Positions 1 through 11,834 of a DNA stretch of 64,000 nt are shown here, in pieces. The DNA comes from Lama glama (taxonomy: Eukaryota): contig CM052816.1 in the NCBI GenBank assembly GCA_028534125.1, positions 65,040,001 through 65,104,000 of the forward strand, given 5' to 3'. A model generated the notes under the pieces. It saw only the letters and a list, made by a program, of their open reading frames with translations. It was not told the origin of the DNA and ran no database searches. The first letter of the stretch is position 1; every line of letters starts with the position of its first letter. Position numbers and translations under genes: made by a program.

Positions 1-221
1 TATCTGTCTGTTTTCTTTTAGGCACCATGCTGCATCCTCAGATATAAAAATTAATGAACATGATTCCTACAGTAGAGGTACTCCTATTTTATTATGACAG
101 AAATTAGGTATATTGTAAAAAATGATAAAATGTGAAGTGAATAATCCATTACAGCCATGAGAGCATTTAAAGTATTTGAAAGATAACATAGCCCTGAGAA
201 CAATACAGTGAATGATCAATT

Positions 222-2200
222 TATTCATTTTTTTTCATTCATTCAAAAGATATTATGTTGGGTGTTTATAATGTGCTGGGTGCTAGACTAGGTCCCGGGG
301 TTAGAGTGTAGAGGAAATAGGGGCAGTTCTTTCTCTCACAGAACTTACTTACCTTCTAGGGGATGTTCACAGAAATAAATGGAAAATTAGAAGTGCCACA
401 AAAGTCAGGGACGGGATACTAGCAGAAAGGATGGCAGGCTAGTTTGGGAACACATCAGGGGTGTGTTCCCTCAGTGGGGAGACCTGAAGGGTGAGTAAGC
501 ATTAACCAAACAAATGATGGGCTGGTGGGGCACAGCCCCGCAGCAGGCAGGTCCGGTCATTGAATTCTAGGGACTGAAAGGAAGGCCAGGTGACCTCAGG
601 GGAGAGGTGGAGGGAGAGAACCCATGGAGGATGGTTCTAGATGAGGCCTGAGGGACAGTCAGAAGCAGACTGAGCCAGACCTTCGGGTCCCAGTAAGTAT
701 CTTTAATCCTAACGGCAAAGGAAAGTCACTAAATATATGGGAGTGACAACACCAGATTTGTGATTCAAACAGCTCTTTTCAGCTCAGTGCAGACAGGTTG
801 GTGGGCAGCCAAGGTGGACCTGGGGAAGAGAAATAGAAAATTGTACAGGTTACAAGGCTGGATAGGATAGAGCTTGGGCTAAAGCAGTGACGTGAAAATG
901 GAGAGCAGAGGATGGGCTTCAGAAGTAATTAGGAGATAAAAATGGGTGAAAACCAGTGATAGACTGATACGGGGTCAGATGAAGAAAAGTAAGTTTCTAC
1001 AACTGGATAGTTGGTGGCACCACTCAGTGAGGTAGAGATACTGGAAGAAGATGGGATTTGGGAGGCAAATTTCAAGTTCAGTTTTGAATGTGTTGGGTTT
1101 GGACTGACTTTGAGAGAGACAACAGAAACAAGAAGTTGACATTTAAATCTATATTTCTGGAGCCTAGAGAGGCCTGGACTAGAGATACACCTTTGTGTAT
1201 CATGAATATGGAGGTGGTAGATGACATCATGACCATGGATGCCATTGCCCAGAGAGATACTAAGGAGTGATATGAAAGCAGAGTCTAGAACCAAGCTTTG
1301 AAGAACTGCATTTTATGGCTGTTTGAAGGAAGATCAACTTACAAAGGACGTAGAAGAATATCATAGAAGATAGGAGGGAAACCACTAGATTCATACAAAC
1401 AAAGGGAAACTGTGCTTTGATGAAGGTGGAGTGACCAGCAATGTCAAGTAATGTGAGTTTAAAAAAAGTTCTTTGGAGTTATTGACATGGAATTCATTGG
1501 TGATCTTAGCAAGAGCTACTTTTGTGGAAGGATGAGGAAAAAGATGGATTAGAGAAGGGTGAAGATTGGTGGGGGGTGGGTAGGGTATAGCTCAGTGGTA
1601 GAGTGTGTGCCTAGCATGCATGAGGTCCTGAGTTCAATCCCCAATACTGCGATTAAAAATAAATCAATAAGTAAACCTAACTACATCCCCCCACAAACAA
1701 ACAAAAAAAAGAGTGAGTGAGGGCTATGAAACTGTCTACATTCAAAGTAGACAAGTCTTATAAGAAGAAAATAATAAACAGAACATAGAGGATTGGGGGA
1801 AGGTTTTTTATAAGATGGGAAAGACTTGAATATGTTTAAAAATCATCAGTAAATATTTAATCGATGGGGATTTGGCAGCTATTCAGGAGAGGAAAATGAT
1901 AAGGGATAGTGCTGACTCATGAAAAGGGAACTGGGCTGGAAAGGATTCACAGAAATGCCCATGTTTGCATGCTTGGTATGAAGAGGCGGAGAGGGTTCCT
2001 CTCCTAGGGATTCTATGTTCCTGTAAGGCAAGAGACAGTATCTTTGTCTGTGAGGTAGCAAGGAGGAGAGGTGGAGGTGTGAGGAGAGCTGAGAGAGTTT
2101 GAAATATGGCAGTTGAGGTGAAGAGTGGGTGTGAGTTGGCTTGAGAAAAGTGGGATTCCTGGTCAATGTTAAGGGCCCATTTTCCAGAAGCTTGGGAACA
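222..2200 (-). mobile_element. LINE-2 (L2) fossil, 3' end plus ORF2-derived body, interrupted by a SINE
   Basis: Begins with the reverse-complement L2 tail (ttcattcattcaaaagatatt...tgtgctgggtgctagactagg). It continues as purine-rich antisense L2-like sequence (ttcaagttcagttttgaatgtgttgggtttg; ttggagttattgacatggaattcattggtgatcttagcaagagc). The right boundary is approximate. Confidence 0.75.
1571..1710 (+). mobile_element. tRNA-Ala-derived SINE (camelid vic-1 type)
   Basis: gggtatagctcagtggtagagtgtgtgcctagcatgcatgaggtcctgagttcaatcccc contains a Pol III A box (TAGCTCAGTGG) and B box (GAGTTCAATCC). An AT-rich linker, a C-run and an A-rich tail follow. It is homologous to the copies at 3771 and 36144. 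Confidence 0.9.
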
Positions 2201-3770
2201 TTCATTTTCTTCTGCTCTGAAATAAGCAATCCATGGTGTAACCATGTTTTATGAAAAACTCAAGTTAACAATATCTATATGAGTAAGAGGAAAGTGTTTG
2301 AGAAATGTGGGAAGGATTTTTTTTTTAAAGTGATTGATTTTCAGACTGTTGCAGGAGACTAGAAGGAAAATACTCATTAGAACATAAAAATGTAAATTTT
2401 AAAAGTTCTCATAATGTGTGTATACTTATTAAGTGAACTGGCTGAGGGGGAAAATTTCCTTTTTCATTTGAGAAAAATAGATTAATTTATCTTGTTTAAA
2501 CATTGAGGCCTGGGCTGAGTTAAACATTAGAGATTATTTTAAAATGATACCAGAGTTTGCATAAAACAGTGCACTAAGGTTGCTGGATTTTCATTTTCGC
2601 TTTTGCTCCACTGTTAGGTCTCTGTAATTTTCCTCTCGACTCAAGAAGATGAACAGATGTTTCTATGAATGTGAAACTAACTCAGCAAATGGAGCCTCAT
2701 TTTCTAAATGTTTTCTTGGCTGAGGAAGACAAGGGACAGACACCTGGAGATTAGAAATGTGTCTCTAATCACTAGAAATGCTTATTTTAATGAGTTGGCC
2801 TCAGTTGGCTAATAGAATTGCCTAAGTGTGAAATTTCATTTCCTATGTGTGGAGTACGTTACCAGGTATGTTGTGGGAGCACAGGAGAGCATACAAAAGG
2901 ATTTTTTTTCCTCTTGAAGAATTTCTTGTTTGGCTGGGGAGGAAATGTACTCCTACAAAAGTTATAAAAGCGACCTTTAGTAACTTCACAAATACAGGTG
3001 TTGAAGGAGGTGGGCAAAGGCTCAGAGTAAGAGAAAGAAGAGATAACAGAAAGAACTCTTAAAGGAAGATTCAGGAATAAGAAGGATATCAGAGATATAG
3101 CCAGAGTTAGGTTCAGATTTGTTAACTGCTTCTTAGACTCTCAGGAGAACGCGGAAAATCACACGGGAGATTTTAAGGGCCAGGCCTGGAAGTGGCATGT
3201 GTCACTTCTGTCCTATACCATTGGCCAGAAGTCAGTCACACAGCCCAGTCTAACTGCAAGGGTGGCTGGGAAATAAACCTTGGAGGTATTGTGGGTTTGG
3301 TTCCAGACCATGGCAATAAAATGAGTATCACAATAAAGTGAATCACACAATTTTTTTTTGTTTCTCAGTACATCTGAAAGTTATATTTACATTATGTATT
3401 AAGTGCACCATAATATTATGTCTAAAAAACCAAATTATGTATACATCTTATTAAAAAATCCTTTATTGCTAAACAATGCTAACCATCATCTGAACCTTAA
3501 TCAGTGAGTCATCATCTTTTTGCTAGTAGAGGGTATTGCCTTGCTGTTGATGGCTGCTGATTGGTAAGGATGGTGCTTGCTGGAGGCTGGGGTGGCTTGG
3601 CAATTTCTTAAAATAAAACAACAGGAAAGTTTGCCCCATTGACTCTTCCTTTCATGAAAGATTTCTCTGTGGCATGCACTACTGTTTGATAGCATCTTAC
3701 CCATTGGAGTCAATCCTCTCAAACCCTGCTACTGCTTTATCAACCAAATTTATTTAATATTCTAAATCCT

Positions 3771-3915
3771 ATGGGAGAGGAGGGTATAGCTCAGTGGTAG
3801 AGTACCTGCTTACCATGCACGAGGTCCTGGGTCAATCCCCAGTACCTCCATTAATAAACTAACAAACCTAATTATCCACCCCCCCCCAAAAAAAAGAAGA
3901 GAAAAAGAGACTAAG
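3771..3915 (+). mobile_element. tRNA-Ala-derived SINE (vic-1 type) inserted in Tigger1
   Basis: gagggtatagctcagtggtagagtacctgcttaccatgcacgaggtcctgggtcaatccccagtacctcca plus an A-rich tail. Exact 17-bp TSD ttaatattctaaatcct at 3754-3770 and 3916-3932. Confidence 0.95.
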
Positions 3916-4808
3916 TTAATATTCTAAATCCTTTGTTGTCATTTCAACAATCTTCAGGATTCTTGATATATCTCAAGATGTAGATTCCATCTTAAGAAAT
4001 CAATTTCTTTGCTGATCTGTAAGAAGCAATTCCTCATTTATCAGTTTTATCATGAGATATAGGAATTCAGTCTCATCTTCAGACCCTACTGCTAATTATA
4101 GTTCTCTTGCTATTTCCACCATATCTGCAGTTACTTCCTCTCCTGAAATCTTGAACCCTTCCAATCATCCATGGGTTGGATCACCTTCTTCCAAACTTTT
4201 GTTAATGTTGATATTTTGACCTCCTCCCATGAATAGTGAATGTTCTTAATGGCATCTAGAATGGTGAATCCTTTCCAGAAGGTTTTCTATTTCCTTTGTC
4301 CACATTCATCAGGGGAATCACTATCTATGGCAGTTATAGCCTCACTAAATGGTTCTCTTAAATAAGACCTGAAAATCAGAATTTCTCCTTGATCCATGGG
4401 CTACAGAATGAATGTTGTGTTAGCAGTCATGAAAACAACATCAATCTCATACATTTCCATCAGAGCTCTTGGGTGACTGGGTACTCTTTCAATGAGCAGT
4501 AATATTTTGAAAAAAGTCTTTTTTGAGCAGTAGATCTCATTAGAAGGCTTAAAAAATTCAGTAAACCATGTTATCAACAGATATGCTGTCATTCAGGCTT
4601 TATTGTTCCATTTATAAAGCGTAGGCAGAGTACATTTAGCATAATTTTTAAGAGCCTTATGATTTTCAGAATGGTAAATGAGCATTGGCTTCAACTTAAA
4701 GTCACCAGTTGCATTAGCCCCTAACAAGAGAGTCAGCTTGTCCTTTGTAGCTTTGGAGCCAGGCATTGACTTCTCCTCTCTAGCTATAAAAGTCCTGGAT
4801 GGTGTCGT

Positions 4809-4873
4809 CTTTTCCTCCTCCTTCCTTTTCTTCCTCTTCTTCCTCTTCTTCTTCCTCCTCCTCTCTTTTTTTT
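4809..4873. repeat. Pyrimidine-only (CTT/CTC)n low-complexity tract inside the Tigger1 transposase
   Basis: cttttcctcctccttccttttcttcctcttcttcctcttcttcttcctcctcctctctttttttt. It produces the poly-E and poly-K/R stretches in the ORF track. Confidence 0.9.
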
Positions 4874-5949
4874 GCATCTTCTAACATAAGGCTGTTTTGT
4901 CTGCATTGAAAAATCTGTTGTTTAGTGTAGCTATCTTCATTCATTATCTTAACTAGAGTTTCTGGATAACTTGCTACAGCTTCTACATCAGCACTTGCTG
5001 CTTCACTGGGCACTTTTATGTTATGGAGATGGCTTCTTTCCTTAAACTTTGTGAACCTAGTCTCTGCTAGCTTGAAATGTTTCTTTTGCAGCTTCCTCAC
5101 CTCTCTGTTTTCATAGAATTAAAGAGAACTTGGGCCTTACTCTGAATTAGGCTATGGTTTAAGGAAATGTGGCTGACTTGGTTTTCTTTCCAGACCACTA
5201 AAACTTTCTCCACATCAGCAGTAAGGCTGTTTTACTTTCCTATCATTTGTGTGTTCACTGGAGTAGCACTTCTAATTTCTTTAGGAACATTTCCTTTCCA
5301 TTCACAACTTGGTTAACTGTTTGGCTCAAAAGGTCTAGTTTTCAGCCAGTCTCTGCCTCTCATATGCCTTCCTCACTGAGCTTAATCATTTCTAGCTTTT
5401 GATTTAAAGGAAAAGATGTGCGACTCTTCCTTTCACTTGAACACTTAGAGACCTTTGGAGGGTTATTAATGGGCCATATTTCAATATTTCAGTGAATAGA
5501 GAGGCCTAAGGAGAGGAAGAGAGATGAGGGGGATAGCCAATTGGTGGAGTCAGAACACATACAAGATTTATAGATTAAGTTCACCATCTTCTATGGGTGC
5601 AATTCATGGTGCCCCCAAAGCATTACAAGAATAATGTCAAAGATCATTGATCACAAATCACTATAATAAATATAATAATGATGAAAAAGCTCAAAATATT
5701 GTGAGAATTACCAAAAGGTGACACAGAGACACGAAGTGAACAAATGCTGTTAGAAAATTGGCACTGAGAGATTTGCTTGACATGGGGTTGCCACAAACCT
5801 GCAATTTGAAAAAACACATTATCTGTGAAGCACAATAAAATGAGGTATGCCTGTAGTTTAGCTGTCTGCCTGGGAAGAAGTGTTTATTTAGCAGCCAGTC
5901 TCTGCTACACACCCCTTGGAGCATCACAGAAGATATTTCACTTCTCTCA

Positions 5950-6170
5950 TTCATGGACTCTAAGCCTTCGCTTCCCCACAGCAAGCCATCTGATCAGTCC
6001 CATCCAGAAATAGGCATATGATTGTTCTCAAACCTTCTACTACTCTGGCCATCATTTTTAGTGAACGTTCTTATTTTTTATTTTTCTTCTCAAAATGAGG
6101 TGTTCACAGTAAAATGTAACTCTTTAGATGGGATCCAAAAAGTGCTGGTAAAGTGGGATTATTGTTGTGT
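5950..6170 (-). mobile_element. CR1/L3 LINE fragment
   Basis: catatgattgttctcaaaccttctactactctggccatc...caaaatgaggtgttcacagtaaaatgtaactctttagatgggatccaaaaagtgctggtaaagtgggattatt resembles the antisense L3 ORF2 3' region as I recall it. Highly diverged. Confidence 0.5.
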
Positions 6171-8679
6171 TTGATTTCATAACTGTGAGGTCAAAGAGAC
6201 AGCCAATATTGGGAAGACTTCAGCTTGAGAGAGGCAGATAATGGATGCCCACAAAGAAGAGAATTTGAAGAATGAAGGGGATCCCCAAGATGCCATTTCA
6301 ATAGGGCAGGTATATCAAGCATTAGTGGTTATGAACTATTCTTACCTACTTCTCAAGGGAGGAAAAAAAGCTCATGCACTCACAAATCAACCTGTTCATT
6401 TCCATAAAATCTTAAAGTGAACTCAAGGAGAAGAAAGAGGTGCTCTGAAATAATATTAATTTTATATTAGATTTTGGATTTAAATGAAAAAAAATCACCA
6501 AGAATTTCCATATTAAAATCTTTTAATTGTAATGTTAACCAGTCTATCTATCTTACCTAGTGACTAAATTGCTGAATTCAATAACCTAGCCAGTAATCTA
6601 TATGGTTTTATGACATATAAGTGAGTTAACATTGCTTTGTGGAACTAAAGCAATGTTAGTTGCTTTAGTTGTCACCTTACACTTGCACTTGCATTAGACA
6701 TGGCACCATCAATGTCTTGCCATTTCGACATATCCTGGTGGCCCGAGAGTCCCTGATGTTTTCATCTAGTGACCCTTTAAAGAGAGAAAGACTGTATCAC
6801 TTCTTTTTTTAATTTTGCAATAGTTGTGCTTTTAGTGTTCTCTGCTAAGAAATATTACAACCCCCAGCAAGTGGGCATTCTTATCAGAGAAATGAGTTGA
6901 TTGAAAACAACTTATCTATTTCTAAATTCCTAGATGTAGAGAGGAAGCCTATGTATCTATCTGTCTATCTGATCTACCAGTGTGCTCGCCTATTTCAAAT
7001 ATTTCTTTTTCCTAAATTAAGTTTATAATGTCAAGGTTTCAGGGTACAGGCTTTATTTGCTCAATTGTTTATGGCTAGACTGGTGAATAGTGACTACCAC
7101 ACTTCTTTTCTGTAAATGTGGCTGCTCTTGTGTGCTGAAGTTGTAGGAAACAGAATTCATTGTAATCATAATTCAAATTTAGTTTCCTATTACAATTCCT
7201 GTTTCTTCTTGTCCCCAGGTTGTCTCTCAGGGGGAAGATGCCAAGGGCATAAACAACATTTACTAATTTATGTTATTAGTAACTTTTTTGCAGATTCCCC
7301 CCAAATAAGATTTAAGTGATATTAACAGATTCTCACCAAGCACTTTAGAATAAACAAAACAGTAAGTATCTAGGCAGAAAGCCAAGGACTTTCAGATCTC
7401 AATATGTGTATAATATATATGAAGACAAAAACACAGAAGCAACATAAATAACTATTCTATTTGGTTGCCATCTGTCAAGTTTTTTTTTTTTTTAGAGAAG
7501 AGTTTAAACATAGCTACATCACTGAGAGGAAGAACTGTACAATACTGAGGGGAAATGGTAGTAGTGGTGGGGTAGGTTTTTTACCCAGAAAAAAAGGTTG
7601 AGAACCAAGGGGAATTTTAAATTTTGAATCCCTCAGCTCTGTCACAGGGCATTTGCTTTGCTGTCTGAATGCTCTTTGGGCATCCAGGATGTAAAAACTA
7701 CAGATGCAATTTTCTACTTTGGTTTTTTCCACAATACCATCACTATGACCCACGCTGAGTTAGGTTGTGACATTCATCCAGAGCATCCTAAATTGCACCT
7801 TGAACACATTTTGGCCTCTGTGGCATCATTTAGAAACACAAACCTTAATGGAGTTTCTGGCTTTTATTTTTATATGATGGGTTGATAATCTTATAATGGC
7901 ATTAGTTCTGCAACCAATTACCAAAGATATGTTATTACTGTTACTTAAACAACTGGACTGTCATTAAATGTCTACAGCAAGGTTAAAAACAGTTTTGGAA
8001 GGGTGTGGGATAGAATAGTTTAGAAACTTCCTCTCCTGGCTATTTGGTACTGCAGAATTCAACAAGGAATATTGGACACTTCCCAAAATAAAATTTATTT
8101 AAATTCAGTTTCACAAAATTTATATTACAAAACATATTGAAAAAGAGGCTAGTTGGAAAGTCAAACATGATAGAACTTGGAAATTATCAGGCTTTTGGAT
8201 ATAAAAGTATTTCTTATATGTCGAGGCAGAATTTGTATTTTCTTTTTCTCAGTGTCATTTTATGAGATTAAATATTCCTGTTCTACATAAATAGAATAGA
8301 AACATCTCTATTTTTTAAAATGTAATGAAAATAAGAAATGGTCACTGAACAAAAATAGTTTTAGATTTCTCCTCGCTATATTATTTTGGTTAATTTAGGG
8401 AGAAAAATTTGTGAGGACATTGTGATTATTCTTTCTTTTCCAAGCTAGTCTGTTGCTGGGATAGTAGCAAATGAAGGATGAGGAGGAAGGCAAAGGATGG
8501 ACTAGCCAATGTGGACAGAGCTGATGCACATCCGTGGTCCCAGTGGCACAGCTGGTGAGCTGTTTAATTTCAAGTGGTTTGGCTGAGTTTGGAGCCTAGC
8601 CTCTGGAACTTTGCCTCTTGTGATCTGAGTACTTGCTGGACATGTAAACACCAATTTTCTCAATAACTTACTGTGACTA

Positions 8680-11600
8680 ATGTAAACTTTCTTCAGTAAT
8701 TTGAAATGTCATATTTTCTTATACTACAATTTTATACTATATATATTTAGCATATGCATCTTTGGTAGCTGATCTTTCTCTCAATCATTTATCTTTCTTT
8801 CCTAGAGCTCATGTCATATTTTCATTGCTGTGGGTTTCTAAAACACTTTTATTATCTAGAATGGCTTAACTTCCATCATATCTTTTTCCTTTGGTATTTT
8901 AAGAAAAAGAAATACTATGGAAAATAATTCTGCTTCTATCTTATTGTTTTAAGTATTTGTAACTCATTTCCTTGTGACTTTTTTTTCTCTTAATATACTC
9001 TTGGACTTTAACTATTTTACTTAGTTATATTTTCATTTTAATAAAAGTGAGAGAAGTATATAGTTTAAAAAATAATCATTTTCAGATTTGGTATCAAGTT
9101 TATAATATTTATGTAAAATGAGTATGGTACACTTCTGTGTTTACCTATGTTGTGAGATGTAGTATAATTTTAAAATAATTTGCTGCTTAAATGATCTGTA
9201 TCTTATTCCCTTTTTTATATAGATTTCCTAAAACTTTTTAATGCTATATATGTGTTCTATTATATTTTGATTACTATGTATTTCTAGATCACTTTTGTTG
9301 ATTTTTATTTTCTTACATTATTGTCACTACATCAGGATTATCATGTTAATCAAAATAAGGTAGTATGTACTGTTCTTTTATGATCTTTTAAATCTTTTTT
9401 GGCCTTATCTACTTTGTAATTTTTAATGAAATTTGAGTTTTCTTTCTTGCTTAGCTTTGGTGAGTTTTACTTACTAATCTTTTTAAAAGCATTTATTGAG
9501 ATAGCATTGGTTTATAACATTATACACATTTCATGTATATAATAGTATATTTCTACTTCTGCATACACTACATTGGGCTCACCTCCAAAAATTTAGTTTC
9601 CATTGACCACCATACAGTTGATCGTCTTTGTCCATTTTATCCTCCCCCTGCCCCCTGCTCCTTTCCTTCTGGTAATTACCACCCTGTTCTCTGTATCTAT
9701 GTTTTTGTTTGGTTTGCTCATTTATTTTCGTTTGTTTTTTATATTCCACATATGAGTAAAACCATACAGTATTTGTCATTCTCTGTCTGACTTATTTCAC
9801 TTAGCCTAATACCCTCAAAGTTTATTCATGTTGCTGCAAATGGCAAGATTTCTTTCTTAATGATTGAGTAATATTTCATTGTGTGTGTATGCATCTATGT
9901 GTGTGTGTATGTATGTATATACACACACATACCATATTGTCTTTTCTGTTCATCTGTTGATGGGCTCTTAGATTGTTTCCATACCTTGGCTGTTGTAAAT
10001 AACACTACAATGAACATAGTGATGCATAGTGTTGTCATATTCTTTGGATAAAAACCTGAAAGTGGAATTGCTGGATCATATGCTAGTTCTCTTGTTAATT
10101 TTTTGAGGGATCTCCATACTGTTTTCCATAGTGGCAGTACGAATTTACATTGCCACCAGCAGCATATGAGGGTTCCTTTTTGTCCACATCCTCGCTTACA
10201 CCTGTTATTTCTTGCCTTTTTGATAATAGCCATTTTTACAGGTGTGGAGTGATACTTATTGTGGTTTTGATTTGCATTTCCTTAATAATTAGAGATATTT
10301 TTATCTTTTTATGTGCCCAGTATCTATTATTGTGGGGGTTTATTTTGGGGCTCTCAATTCTGTTCCATTGATTTGTTTTCCTGCCAATACCATGCTGTTT
10401 TGATTACTATGTTTTTGTGGTATAGTTTGAAACCATGGAGTTGTGATACCTCTAGCTTTATTGTTTTTCCCTCAGGATTGCTTTAGCTATTTGTGATCTA
10501 TTATGGTTCCATATAAATTTTAGATTTTTTTTCTATTTCCGTGAAAAATGTTCTTTGGATTTTGATAGGAATTACACTGAATCTGTAGCTTGGTTAAGGT
10601 AATATGGACATTTTAACAATGTTAATTCTTCCAATCCAGGAGCTTGGGCTGTCTTTCTATTTCTTTGTGTCTTCAATTCTTCCAAAATGTCTTATAGTTT
10701 CAGAATATAGGTTTTTCACCTCCTTGGTTAAACTTTTTTCTAGGTATTTTATTCTTTTTGTTGTAACTGTAAATGGGATTCCTTTCTTAGTTTCTCTTTC
10801 TGCTAGCACATAGTTAGTGTATAGAAATAGAAGAGAGTTTTGTATGTTGATTTTGAATCCTGCAACTTTACTGTGTTTATTATTTCTAGTAGTTTTTTTG
10901 GTGGAGTCTTTAGGATTTTCTATATATAAAATTGTGTCATCCACAAGTAGTGATAGTTCCCTCCTTCTTCCTTTCAATTTAGATGCCTTTAATTTCTTTT
11001 TTGCCTAACTGCTCTGGCCAGGACTTCCAATAGTATGTTGATAAAAATGGCAATAATGGGTCTCCTTATCTTTTTCCTGATTTTAAAGGGATAGCTTTTG
11101 GTTTTTCATCATTGAGTACGTGTTAGCTGTGGGTTTGCCATAAATGGCTTATATTATATTGAGGTATGTTTTTTCTATACCCACTTAATTGAGAGTTTAT
11201 CATAAATGGGTGTTGAATCTTGTCAAATACTTCTTTTCATCTATTGAGATGATCATATGATTTTTAACTCTTTGCCCTTTATTTTTCTTTTATTTTATTA
11301 ATTATTCTTTCTGATTTTTCCTTAGGATTATTTTATTGCTCTTTTTCTAGTTTATTAAGTGAATGTCTGGTTCTTTTCTTATTTTTATTGATATCTTACT
11401 GCTGCTTTTCTTAGGGTCATTTTATTGAACTCCTCTAGTTTATTGAGTTGAATATCTTGTTCTTTTATTTTCATTCTTTTTTTTAAATAATAAGAGCCCT
11501 AAAAACTAGGATTTTTTTTCTCCTTTGAGTCTTTATCTTTACCACAATCATCAACTTTTATATAAGATTTTCTACATTTTATTAATGTTAAAATAATTTA

Positions 11601-11830
11601 TTGGAATTTTGATTTCTTCTTTAGTCTGCCATTTAGTTATGTTTTATTTTAAAATTTGCCTTTGTGTCTATTTTAAGATTAACTTCTGATATTAATTTCT
11701 GCTATGTCTTTGTGTATGTGATTCATATACTTGTGCATTTTTTTTTTTAGGAAATAGATGGTCCACTTGATTTCTACATTTTAGAACTTTCTGATATTTT
11801 ATCTACCCCTAATATTTAATCATTTTTTCC
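8680..11830 (-). mobile_element. Very old L1M/HAL1-like remnant (pieces ~8680-9480 and ~11230-11830), interrupted by a younger L1
   Basis: T-rich degenerate antisense L1 motifs, e.g. gatttggtatcaagtttataat...gtaaaatgagtatgg and ttttctagtttattaagtgaatg. Confidence 0.5.
9481..11225 (-). mobile_element. L1 (5'-truncated): 3' UTR plus ORF2 C-terminal region
   Basis: 3' UTR motif ctctgtctgacttatttcacttagcctaataccctcaaag. ORF fragments MAIIKKARNNRCKRGCG...PLWKTVWRSLKKL..ELAYDPAIPL and ELSLLVDDTILYIENPKDSTKK (RT FADD region, degenerate). Confidence 0.92.
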
Positions 11831-11834
11831 ATTC

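Larger units (their letters stand above)
3277..5853 (-). mobile_element. Near full-length Tigger1 DNA transposon (TcMar-Tigger) with disrupted transposase
   Basis: The right TIR GAGGTATGCCTG ends at 5853, followed by TA. The left end accttggaggtattgtgggtttggttccagacca matches the other Tigger1 terminus. Minus-strand ORF pieces encode pogo/CENP-B-like DDE transposase motifs: [93 protein letters not shown]. Multiple frameshifts and stops are present. Confidence 0.95.
3130..5909 (-). mobile_element. MaLR (MLT1-family) solo LTR split by Tigger1 (pieces ~3130-3275 and 5854-5909)
   Basis: ggccaggcctggaagtggcatgtgtcacttctg...ctaactgcaagggtggctgggaaat rejoins across Tigger1 with tagtttagctgtctgcctgggaagaag...tctgctaca. 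This is the typical older MLT1 motif ctgcaaggg.ggctgggaaatgtagt.tagctgt.tgcc. Confidence 0.7.

Noticed and set aside
1571..1650. tRNA-Ala gene (also at 3771 and 36144)
   Set aside because: The acceptor and anticodon stems are degenerate, and each copy has a SINE tail, two with visible TSDs. These are SINE heads, not tRNA genes.
4401..5100. TIGD1-like domesticated transposase gene
   Set aside because: The ORF is broken by frameshifts, stops, a microsatellite and a SINE, and lies within TIR-bounded Tigger1.
6241..6309. Possible coding exon MDAHKEENLKNEGDPQDAISIGQ with CAG|gtatat
   Set aside because: Weak donor, no pyrimidine-rich acceptor or promoter context, and an unrecognised peptide.
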